27,319 nt of DNA from Gammaproteobacteria bacterium (GCA_963582285.1 CAUZRI010000001.1:1-27319); one strand, 5' to 3'. Positions 1 to 8,055 are shown, numbered from the stretch's first letter. Numbers and translations are program-made. Notes: generated by a model from the sequence alone, not told the origin.

Positions 1-1
1 T

Positions 2-934
2 ATTGCCACTGGCGGCACAATAGCAAATACCCCAACTGGACGCTTGAGTGTAGATACTGTACTTGAACAACTTCCTGAGATAGCAAAAATTGCCAGGATC
101 GGGATCTACGATTATATCCGTATCGGTAGTTCAGAGATTTCCATACAAAACTGGATCGACATTGCCCATCTCATTACTTCAGAACTTAAAAATAATCCTA
201 ATATTACTGGTATTGTCGTCACCCATGGATCCAATACCTCTGAAGAGACCGCGTATTTTCTGAATCTTGTTCTAGATACTAATAAACCTGTAGTACTCAC
301 TGCGGCACAAAGACAACGAACAACCCTGAGTGAAGACGGATCTCGAAATCTATTTGATGCAGTTCGTGTTGCTGCTGATCCCAAGGCAGGTGGCCGTGGG
401 GTAATGTTGGTGGTAAATGAAATGGCCCATGCGGCCAGAGACGTTACCAAGACCCTAAGCTATCGTACTGAGACCTGGAACTCTGGAGACCTGGGGGTAT
501 TGGGTTTGACAGATACTGATATGATCCGCTTTTACCGAAAACCGGAATACCGACATACATCAAGTAGTCAGTTTCGATTGGAGGGTATTACCATGGCATC
601 TCAGTTACCCCGGGTGGACATTATTTATGCCTATGCTGATGCCGGGCCAGAGCTGGTCCATGCCGCCATCGCTGCCGGGGCAAAAGGACTGGTCATTGCC
701 GGCTTTCCTACAGGAGGAACACCGCCAGTGGTCACAAAGGCATTGATGGAATTACAAAATAAAGGGATACCCATTGTCATGGGGAATAGGGGCGGCAGGG
801 GTAGGATACAATCTACCAGGGAATTTATTTCTGCAGACAATCTAACGGCACAAAAAGCGAGGATACTATTAATGATGTCCCTGGCCCATAACATCCCGGT
901 AGATGAGATTGAAGATGTTTTTATGAATTATTGA
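2..934 (+). CDS. Asparaginase/glutaminase-fold amidohydrolase, 5'-partial (runs off the window start)
   Basis: The frame is open from base 2 (IATGGTIANTPTGR) into the ORF-track protein, giving the TGGTIA catalytic-Thr motif. Also VVTHGSNTSEETAY (canonical HGTDT), KPVVLTAAQR, ARDVTKT (Lys motif), RVDIIYAY, GAKGLVIAG and LTAQKARILLM. Confidence 0.9.
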   Translation: MATGGTIANTPTGRLSVDTVLEQLPEIAKIARIGIYDYIRIGSSEISIQNWIDIAHLITSELKNNPNITGIVVTHGSNTSEETAYFLNLVLDTNKPVVLTAAQRQRTTLSEDGSRNLFDAVRVAADPKAGGRGVMLVVNEMAHAARDVTKTLSYRTETWNSGDLGVLGLTDTDMIRFYRKPEYRHTSSSQFRLEGITMASQLPRVDIIYAYADAGPELVHAAIAAGAKGLVIAGFPTGGTPPVVTKALMELQNKGIPIVMGNRGGRGRIQSTREFISADNLTAQKARILLMMSLAHNIPVDEIEDVFMNY

Positions 935-941
935 TATCTAT

Positions 942-1210
942 TTGGATACTGGCATTTACCCAAGGGTACCAGTATGAAGGAAATTTAAGCCCCGTCATTC
1001 CGGAAAGTCCGAAGGACTTGTCTGAAATCTAGTAGGAATTAATATTTGCCGCAAGGCTAACTTTTATTTATTGGATACTGGCCTGCGCCAGTATGACGGA
1101 AAATGAAACTCCGTCATTCTGGGACTGCACTTCAGAACCAAGAATCTATACTGATTTGAACAACGGATGGATTCCCGCAATTACTCAAAGGCACAAGTAT
1201 CAGTATGACG
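942..1210. repeat. Cluster of REP/dRS3-like palindromic units between convergent genes
   Basis: Alternating units TGGATACTGG-loop-CCAGTATGA(CG) (943-977, 1072-1098) and CCGTCATTCYGG-loop-AATCTA (991-1032, 1111-1148), plus a TGGATTCCCGC...CAGTATGACG unit (1168-1210). Homologous to the units at 7662-7951. Confidence 0.85.
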
Positions 1211-1265
1211 TTGATGTGATTGAGTAACTCCTCTCGCCTTTAGCCTTTCGCATCAAAATTAAAAA

Positions 1266-1285
1266 CATCTTGTAAATCCTGTCTA
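1266..1285. repeat. Copy of a 9-mer-periodic dispersed motif (ATCTTGTAA ATCCTGTCT)
   Basis: CATCTTGTAAATCCTGTC recurs exactly as an inverted copy within 7485-7503, and as direct variants at 7589, 7783-7810 and 7988-8015. Confidence 0.75.
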
Positions 1286-1290
1286 AAAAA

Positions 1291-2490
1291 TTAACAGACC
1301 CGTGCAACAACACCCTTGAATTCTTCATCAGTGACTAAACGTCCATTGCTAGTACCGATGTCCTTCACCTCTGCCAGCACGGCACCCCGTTTGTCCTCAG
1401 GGATATTCAGTCCAAGTTCCTTACCTTTCAACTCAATACTAACCATGCCACTTTTCTTACCCAGTACGATTTTGCGATCTGCGGCAACTACCTCACATGA
1501 ATATGGTTCGATAGATTCCGGAACGTGAAACTGGCTTACTACACCGCCACTTTCCCGGGTGTAGAGAAACTCACCTACCACTGGTTTCCAACCGTCGACG
1601 GTATACTTCCCTGCCGTCTGCACCAGCTTTGAGACCTCACGTGACTTGGTGAGATCCAGCTCTACGGGAACATGGTATAAGCCTTGTAAGGCCAGGGCGA
1701 CTTCGCTTATATCTGCATTACCCGCACGCTCACCCATGCCATTGACAGTGCCCTGTATCCAGCTTGCACCACCGCGTACTGCGGCGATGGCAGAGGCAGT
1801 AGCCAAACCAAAATCGTTATGACCGTGCCAATGCACCGGGATGTCAGGACCTACCCAACTTTTTACTTCCCTGATCAATCCTTCCACGGTCTCTGGTGCA
1901 CAAACGCCGATGGTATCTACCATAGAGATTTCCTCTGCACCATGTTCTATGGCCGCGGCATAGACATCTTTCAAATAGCCTAAATCACTACGGGTAGAAT
2001 CCACCGCGAAAAAATTTATCTTTTTAATACCGGCATCCTTGGCGTACTTCACGGCATCCGTCACCTTTTGCATAACCTTTTCACGGGTAAATCCAAATGC
2101 CTTCATTTTTCTGTCGCTGGTGGTGATCTCAATTAATAAATATTCAGTGCCTAATTCCAGATGGGCATCAATATCTGCCTGTACGGCACGGGAAAAACCC
2201 CAAATTTCAGAGTCTAAACCTGCCTCAAGAATACGCTTTACTGCCCTGGTATCTTCGTCTGAGACACGAGGAAAACCAGATTCAATACGACCTACACCCA
2301 ACTCTGATAACTTGCACGCTATCTGAAACTTGTCTTCAGCTGAAAAACAAACCCCAACGGATTGTTCGCCATCCCTTAATGTCGTGTCATAGAAACGCAC
2401 CGGTTTTGTTCGATCAAAACCCTTCTGCACTTCATCGGTTTCATTCAGTTCGGTGGTCCAAAATTTCTCTCTTGGTAGATCGGTAATCAT
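1291..2490 (-). CDS. DRE-TIM metallolyase of the homocitrate synthase/isopropylmalate synthase (HMGL-like) family, no C-terminal regulatory domain; activity uncertain
   Basis: DTTLRDGEQ, HGHNDFGLATA, GTVNGMGERAGNA and VLGKKSG motifs; 399 aa; GGAG Shine-Dalgarno ~9 nt upstream of the ATG. Confidence 0.85.
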   Translation of the reverse strand: MITDLPREKFWTTELNETDEVQKGFDRTKPVRFYDTTLRDGEQSVGVCFSAEDKFQIACKLSELGVGRIESGFPRVSDEDTRAVKRILEAGLDSEIWGFSRAVQADIDAHLELGTEYLLIEITTSDRKMKAFGFTREKVMQKVTDAVKYAKDAGIKKINFFAVDSTRSDLGYLKDVYAAAIEHGAEEISMVDTIGVCAPETVEGLIREVKSWVGPDIPVHWHGHNDFGLATASAIAAVRGGASWIQGTVNGMGERAGNADISEVALALQGLYHVPVELDLTKSREVSKLVQTAGKYTVDGWKPVVGEFLYTRESGGVVSQFHVPESIEPYSCEVVAADRKIVLGKKSGMVSIELKGKELGLNIPEDKRGAVLAEVKDIGTSNGRLVTDEEFKGVVARVC

Positions 2491-2793
2491 AAAGCCTGTT
2501 CTCCATGTTTCATCTTAATTGTAATGCTGGAAGATCTGATATTACGTAACAAAACGACATTGGATTATTTGTAATTGACGGAATACCCTGAATTATCTTG
2601 CTACTGCATCCCGGACACCTATCAGGTGTTTGAAAACAAGATAGCGCGAAGCAACAATATAAACGAAGGTGGTTGCCGGGACAAGTGTGAAACAGGGATA
2701 ACACATTATTATCCCTCTAAATCGCCACACAACTTAACCTAGCTATTTGTAAGACTAGATTCACGTAAAAAGTTATAAGCAACTAAAAATTGA

Positions 2794-2821
2794 TAAAAAA
2801 AACGGGGCGTTAGCCCCGTTT
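2794..2821 (-). terminator. Rho-independent terminator after the TonB receptor fragment
   Basis: Minus strand AAACGGGGC-TAAC-GCCCCGTTT followed by a T-run, ~30 nt past the stop codon at 2851. Confidence 0.85.
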
Positions 2822-2850
2822 ATAATATAAGAACGATTTCTATTCGGTCT

Positions 2851-3972
2851 TTATTGGAAGTTATAGTTAAACTTTATGCCATAGGACGTGAAGGAGTTGT
2901 CCTGAAGATTTGCAGTAATAAACCCATCGGGTATTACCTGAAATTTCGGATGGTAGGCCGGACGGGCTTGCAGGATATTACGCACATAACCGGCTAGCTG
3001 CCAGCTGCCGTCCTGAGGGCCAAAACCTGCCGAAACATTTATATCACCACCTCTGTCGAAAAAGGTGGTAACAGAGGGATTACTACTCCTGCAGGTCCGA
3101 TAGTCATCGGTGATATGTGCCTTGACATTGACAAAGGCCATATACGAGTTCATGACTGGCATCTCGTAGTTTCCACCTAATACAAATTTGAACGAGGGTG
3201 AATCCTGCGGGGTTGTACCTTGACGGGAGACAGTTTGCGCTGCTCCTACGGATGTCGTCCCTGCAGAAAATTCTTCTGTATCTGCCATTCGACAGCCGCC
3301 AGTAAGAAAAAATTCCGGGGGAATATCCGCCAGGGGCGTCAGGGAAGCTACAATCCCCGGTTCTAATCTACCCAAAAATTGGTTAGCGCCGGCTATCTCT
3401 TCCGCCCTAAAGCTCGAGGGATTCGCAAGAATATTAAGAGAAGCGGCGGCCTGCTCGTTTGCGGAACAACCACTACCATCAAAATCCAGGAATTCCCCGT
3501 CCAGCAGCGATCCGGCAAGGTTCAGGGTCAGTCTCTCTGTCGCCGCGTAATCAAAACTGAATTCAACACCATCGACCCGTTGTTTGCCTGCATTGAGGCT
3601 GACCGAGTTCTGATCTTGTGGATTAAAAAGAGGTGCCGCACCCACTGTTTGCAGATCCTTAAAGTCGTTCCTGAAGATATCTATATCATAACGAAGACGT
3701 CTCTCCATAAGCGTGCCCTTGGCTCCCACTTCAAAGGCCGTGACAAATTCTGGCGCAAAAGCGAGTTCTTCGAAGGTGGTGGGAAGCCCACCCTGCCCGG
3801 TATCGGTAACAGGCCCCTTGAACGCCGTGACGTATTTACCGCAAAAGGTATGATTACCCTCCATGGAGTTCGGCGTAAAACTAAGAACAATCTGTTTGTC
3901 AAAATTATCTGCCTTTTGCGTTTCGATAAACGGTGCGGGCAGATACCAGCGAAAGTCATTTGCTGAATACAT
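2851..3972 (-). pseudogene. C-terminal fragment (~373 aa) of a TonB-dependent receptor; no signal peptide, TonB box or plug
   Basis: Aligns by eye to the last third of the receptor at 15093-17978 (DTGQ, EFVTAFEVGAKGTL, NAGKQRVDGVE, SYGIKFNYNFQ). An in-frame TAG sits immediately before the ATG, the upstream DNA is AT-rich non-coding, and there is no clear Shine-Dalgarno. Confidence 0.7.
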
Positions 3973-4114
3973 CTAAAAAAATAAATCCGGACTTAATACG
4001 ACAGTTATAATTATGATAGATACAACAAACTAACAACCATAATCCACCCAGAAACTTAGGCAAGCAATAGATTATTGTCAATAAATTCTTGGGATAAACT
4101 TATAGATCTAAAGA

Positions 4115-4130
4115 ATTGTAAAATTACAAT
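4115..4130. promoter_or_regulatory. Palindrome ATTGTAA-AA-TTACAAT, possible operator
   Basis: 7-bp inverted repeat in the 3973-4210 spacer. AT-rich, so it could be chance. Confidence 0.3.
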
Positions 4131-4210
4131 AATACGATAATTTACTCAATGAGAATTAACACGAATTTTTCAGTGGCAATTCTAAAAAAATAACGATTAG
4201 TATCGGGTAG

Positions 4211-6118
4211 TTATACTTTTCGGGAACGTAGATCCGCCACAGAAAACTTCTGATACTGTGTGAGGCCTGCACCGGTACCCCAGGAGGCTGTACGGGCATC
4301 GATCATATACGGACGACCGTCTTTCAAGGTTCGGAATCCACGTTGAATCGCTGGTCGTACCTGATCACTGTTAGAGACGACCTCACCGGGAATATTATAA
4401 ACCGAGGCCAATTTGGCGAAGTCCATATCTGGATCACCCAGGAAGGAAACGTAATCACGATTCGCCTCGCCAGCAGCACCAGCGCCCATGATACGGAATC
4501 GCGTTGCCTCATAGCTGCGATTGTTCAATATTATTGTCAAGACCGGGACATCGTAACGCGACATGGACCAGAGTGAGTCAGACTGGCCAAACATAAATCC
4601 ACCATCTCCCTGTAAAGAAACCACCTGTCTGTCAGGCAGCGCCAATTTAGTTCCTACCGAGGCACCAACTCCCCAACCCAGGGCCATACCCGTGGTACGA
4701 CCTATTTTTAATCTACCCTCTGGACTAAAATTAATATGACTTACGGTCCTCTCTCCCCGACCCAGTTCTTCAACTACCACGGCATCGGGATCCATCAGTT
4801 CATCCAGTTCGTAGAGTAACTTTTGCCAGGGCAAAGGATCTCCCTTACTTAGACGCCCGGCTTCCCGGGTCCCTGCATGCTTGCCAGCGGAGTATGTTGA
4901 TATTTTTAGACGACGTTCCGCGGTTCGCCTTTTAAGTTGCGCAGGACTTGCCATACTTTTTATAGCTTCCACCAGGTCTTTTGCGATTAAATCAATATCT
5001 CCAAGCAAACCAACCGCGGTAGGGGCATTGCGACCAATTTTCTCCGGATCTACACTGGCATGGATTAACGGGATCCTGCGATTTTTCATAAAGGTCTCCA
5101 TGCCTTGCGTAGCCCGGGTACCAATACTGATACAGCAATCAATATCATGGGGATAAAACTGCATATAGCTTGGCAGGTTGAGCAAATAACCAATATGCAG
5201 CGGATGATAATTGGGAAAATCACAATGAAAGCTTCTGGAATGTTGCGCCACCGGTATCGCCAACAACTCTGCCAGCTCAACAACTGAAGGAATTGCATTA
5301 CATTGACTAATCTCAAAACCCACTTCCATCAATGGTGAATTTGATTCAAGTAGAAATTTTGCCGCCCTTTCAATCTCAACGGGGTCGGGTCTCAATTCCA
5401 TTGAAACATTTAGCGCCTCTTTGGAATAAACACTTGCTGTCACATCAGATGCATACAGGTGATTCCGTGGAACACGAATATGAGTAGGTCCTCCTGGCAT
5501 AATATTGGACAGTTTGTACGCCCTGCGTGTCCATTCAGCCATTCTATTTGATTCATGGACTACCCATTGCCATTTGGTATAAGGCTTGACCGCTTCTGTC
5601 CAATCATCGAGATCCTCATGGGTATCCGTGCCTTCATTTGTGGAACTGGCATGATCACTGATTACTACCAAGGGTGAGCGGTCCTTCATGGCGTTATACA
5701 TACTGGAACTTGCATTGGGTAAACCAACCCTGCTAAACATGCAAAATCCTGTTTTTCCTGATGCCTTAGCATAACCATCGGCGATAGATACTACGTGACC
5801 TTCATGGGTCGCCTGGATCAGGGTCAGTTTCCCGGGGCGTTCAACCAACGCATTACATATCGGTCCTAATCCGGAACCATTTGCAATAAATAAATATTTT
5901 GCATCCGTCTCGAGAATTTGCTCAAGCATTACTTCCGCACCGGTACCGGTTACTGAACGTGTGTAACCTTCGGGCATTTCAGACCCTGGAATAAAAGGTT
6001 CAACTGCTGCCAAAGCCGACCTTGCGGCAGTCACGCCATAACTGGCTGCTGCCATCCCTGCCAAAAAACCACGTCGTGATATTTTGGCGTTAATTAGTTC
6101 TTTTACTAGCTCGCGCAT
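4211..6118 (-). CDS. Thiamine-diphosphate-dependent enzyme (benzoylformate decarboxylase/acetolactate synthase-like fold) with a predicted Tat signal
   Basis: ATHEGHVVSIADGYA (catalytic Glu motif) and GDGGFMF...IILNNRSY (GDG-x-NN ThDP/Mg motif). N-terminus SRRGFL plus a hydrophobic stretch and ALA-A cleavage site. GGGGGA ribosome-binding site. Confidence 0.9.
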   Translation of the reverse strand: MRELVKELINAKISRRGFLAGMAAASYGVTAARSALAAVEPFIPGSEMPEGYTRSVTGTGAEVMLEQILETDAKYLFIANGSGLGPICNALVERPGKLTLIQATHEGHVVSIADGYAKASGKTGFCMFSRVGLPNASSSMYNAMKDRSPLVVISDHASSTNEGTDTHEDLDDWTEAVKPYTKWQWVVHESNRMAEWTRRAYKLSNIMPGGPTHIRVPRNHLYASDVTASVYSKEALNVSMELRPDPVEIERAAKFLLESNSPLMEVGFEISQCNAIPSVVELAELLAIPVAQHSRSFHCDFPNYHPLHIGYLLNLPSYMQFYPHDIDCCISIGTRATQGMETFMKNRRIPLIHASVDPEKIGRNAPTAVGLLGDIDLIAKDLVEAIKSMASPAQLKRRTAERRLKISTYSAGKHAGTREAGRLSKGDPLPWQKLLYELDELMDPDAVVVEELGRGERTVSHINFSPEGRLKIGRTTGMALGWGVGASVGTKLALPDRQVVSLQGDGGFMFGQSDSLWSMSRYDVPVLTIILNNRSYEATRFRIMGAGAAGEANRDYVSFLGDPDMDFAKLASVYNIPGEVVSNSDQVRPAIQRGFRTLKDGRPYMIDARTASWGTGAGLTQYQKFSVADLRSRKV

Positions 6119-6187
6119 GTCATCCCCCAGAATATTGTTATTGAACTACCGCTTGAGATAAGATTATTTCGGTTAAATTATTAAGCA

Positions 6188-6478
6188 TTAATTCTCGACT
6201 GCCATATTATTTACCAAGTATTTGCGTACGGTCTCAAGATCTTTTACATCAACTACAGCACCTCTTGCCAACATATCATAAAGCGCATTTTCCCATTGAC
6301 TGGCATTAAGACTAACCCTGGTTAAATGACCTAGTCCATGACATTGACTACAAGCGACAAATACAATATCTCTGCCCTCTCCTTCAGGAAACGCTTGTTG
6401 TGCATTTAATGAAAAAGGAAGAAATAGAGCGAACACTAAATATCCCGCAGTAACGTAAACCTTGACCTTATTTTTCAT
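6188..6478 (-). CDS. Small monohaem c-type cytochrome (SorB/SorU-like class I), secreted
   Basis: Signal peptide ending SLNA-Q; FPEGEG...CSQCH haem motif; W..ALYDM..RGA putative distal Met; YL..N tail. Ribosome-binding site nearly identical to that of the ThDP gene. Confidence 0.9.
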   Translation of the reverse strand: MKNKVKVYVTAGYLVFALFLPFSLNAQQAFPEGEGRDIVFVACSQCHGLGHLTRVSLNASQWENALYDMLARGAVVDVKDLETVRKYLVNNMAVEN

Positions 6479-6697
6479 TCATCCCCCAAAACAATGTATT
6501 TAACAGGTTCTTAGTGTATGCCTGAGAATAAATATCGCAATATATTTATTCATTGTTCCTTATCAGAATCTGATTTAATTTATTCTCGCATATTTAATTG
6601 TATATCTACTTGAAATTAGAGAGCTATTTATGCTTGTGTATTAAAGTATTTTTCTTATACTGGCTACTTATTATTCATAATTACAAACGGAAGATCT

Positions 6698-7432
6698 ATG
6701 TCAATTCTCGAAGAATCCCTTGAAGAACTCGTTACCGCAAATCATATCCTGGCTAGAGAAGGTGTGGTTGATTCATTTGGCCACATTAGCGTACGCCACC
6801 CGGATAATCCCGACCACTATCTATTGTCCTGCTCAAGAGCACCCGAGTGCATAAAAGTTGAAGATATAATGGAGTTCGCATTGGATGGAGAACCTTTGGA
6901 TGCAAAAGGTCGTGACCCTTATGCAGAACGAGCAATACACGGATCTGTTTATGAGGCCCGCCCCGATATCAATGCTGTAGTCCACAATCATAGTCCTAAT
7001 GTCATTCCATTTGGTGTAACCGATACTTGTTTAAGACCTTTACTGCATATGGCAGCCGGTATGGGTTCGAATGTTCCCATATGGGATTCACGCACCAAGT
7101 TTGGGGATACAACATTACTGGTTACCACCATGGACATGGGCAGAGACCTGGCAGTGATGTTGGGAGAAAATCGCGCTGCATTGATGCGTGGTCATGGTTG
7201 TGTGGTGGTAGGTAAATCTGCAAGAGAAGTAGTGTTTAGTTCTATCTACCTGGAGATGAATGCCGAATTACAGTTTAAGGCGGCGATGCTTGGTGACATA
7301 ACCTTTCTTAGTGATGGCGAGGTGGATGCCATATTACAACGACGCGGTCCTTATACTTTCGAACGGGCCTGGGAACGTTGGTGTGGTCGCGCTGATCGAC
7401 CTTATGAATCAGCACCGGGAAGTGCTGCATAA
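6698..7432 (+). CDS. Class II aldolase/adducin-fold protein, decarboxylase-like subfamily
   Basis: DSFGHISVR, ERAIH, VVHNHS and LMRGHG metal-binding motifs; ends ERAWERW. From memory it resembles the 3-hydroxy-2-methylpyridine-4,5-dicarboxylate decarboxylase subfamily. Confidence 0.88.
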   Translation: MSILEESLEELVTANHILAREGVVDSFGHISVRHPDNPDHYLLSCSRAPECIKVEDIMEFALDGEPLDAKGRDPYAERAIHGSVYEARPDINAVVHNHSPNVIPFGVTDTCLRPLLHMAAGMGSNVPIWDSRTKFGDTTLLVTTMDMGRDLAVMLGENRAALMRGHGCVVVGKSAREVVFSSIYLEMNAELQFKAAMLGDITFLSDGEVDAILQRRGPYTFERAWERWCGRADRPYESAPGSAA

Positions 7433-7484
7433 TAAAATTTATCACAGAGATAAATTCAATTTTTTTTATTTATTTAAAATAAAT

Positions 7485-7503
7485 GGACAGGATTTACAAG
7501 ATG
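7485..7503 (-). repeat. Inverted copy of the 9-mer-periodic motif
   Basis: GGACAGGATTTACAAGATG; its reverse complement matches 1266-1283 over 18 consecutive bases and faces the direct copy at 7589. Confidence 0.7.
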
Positions 7504-7588
7504 GTTTTTGATTTATTGAGATATTGAACCTACCCTCACTTCCGTATGTTCGAATTGTTATTACCTTCACAATTTTATGTATACATAA

Positions 7589-8055
7589 ATCTTGTTAATC
7601 CTGTCTATTTTATATTTTTCTTTTGGTTACTAGCTTTGCCAGTTTGTCGGATTATTAAAGCCCCGTCATTCTGGAAAGTCCATAGGACTTGTCCGGAATC
7701 CATGCTGATTTGAACAACGGCTGGATTCCCGCCTTCGCGGGAATGACGTACGAGAAATCTCCACCCCACACATATTCAATACATCCTGTTTATCTTGTAA
7801 ATCCTGTCTATTTTATATTTTTCTTTTGGATACTAGCTTTGCCAGTTTGGCGGATAATTAATGCCCCGTCATTCCAGAAAGTCCGTAGGACTTGTCCGTA
7901 ATCCACACTGGTTTGAACAACGGCTGGATTCCCGCCTGCGCGGGAATGACGTATGAGGGATATCCTCACCCCTCACATATTCAATACATCTTGTTAATAC
8001 TGTTAATCCTGTCTATTAATTGATTGGATACTGGTATTTACCCAGAGGCACAAGG
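7589..8055. repeat. ~204-bp tandem duplication of a composite REP-doublet unit (2 full copies plus the start of a third)
   Basis: AATCCTGTCTA anchors at 7597, 7800 and 8005 (periods 203 and 205). Each unit holds CCGTCATTC..AAGTCC-NNA-GGACTT..AATCCA, the linker TTTGAACAACGG, and TGGATTCCCGCCT(T/G)CGCGGGAATGACG. Confidence 0.9.

Noticed and set aside
1291-2490. Naming the gene nifV, leuA or aksA
   Set aside because: Catalytic Glu/His/Tyr equivalents are substituted, and there is no nif, leucine or lysine pathway context.
2586-2697. TPP riboswitch, SRP RNA or 6S RNA
   Set aside because: ACCUGAU is present but CUGAGA is not; the SRP helix-8 core is absent; the closing stem is weak and the context is wrong for 6S.
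2510-2704. 64-aa minus-strand ORF upstream of the DRE-TIM gene
   Set aside because: Non-ATG start, no ribosome-binding site, no recognisable features.
3379-3966. 195-aa plus-strand ORF
   Set aside because: Antisense shadow of the TonB receptor fragment; Lys/Arg-rich with no recognisable motif.
7689-7901. 70-aa ORF (MSGIHADLNNGWIPAFAGMT...)
   Set aside because: It is a translation of the palindromic repeat itself; WIPAFAGMT is the typical read-through of this repeat type.
7589-8055. Possible CRISPR array or integron attC array
   Set aside because: Whole ~204-bp units are duplicated, so there are no unique spacers; no cas gene or integrase; no GTTRRRY/RYYYAAC cassette boundaries seen.
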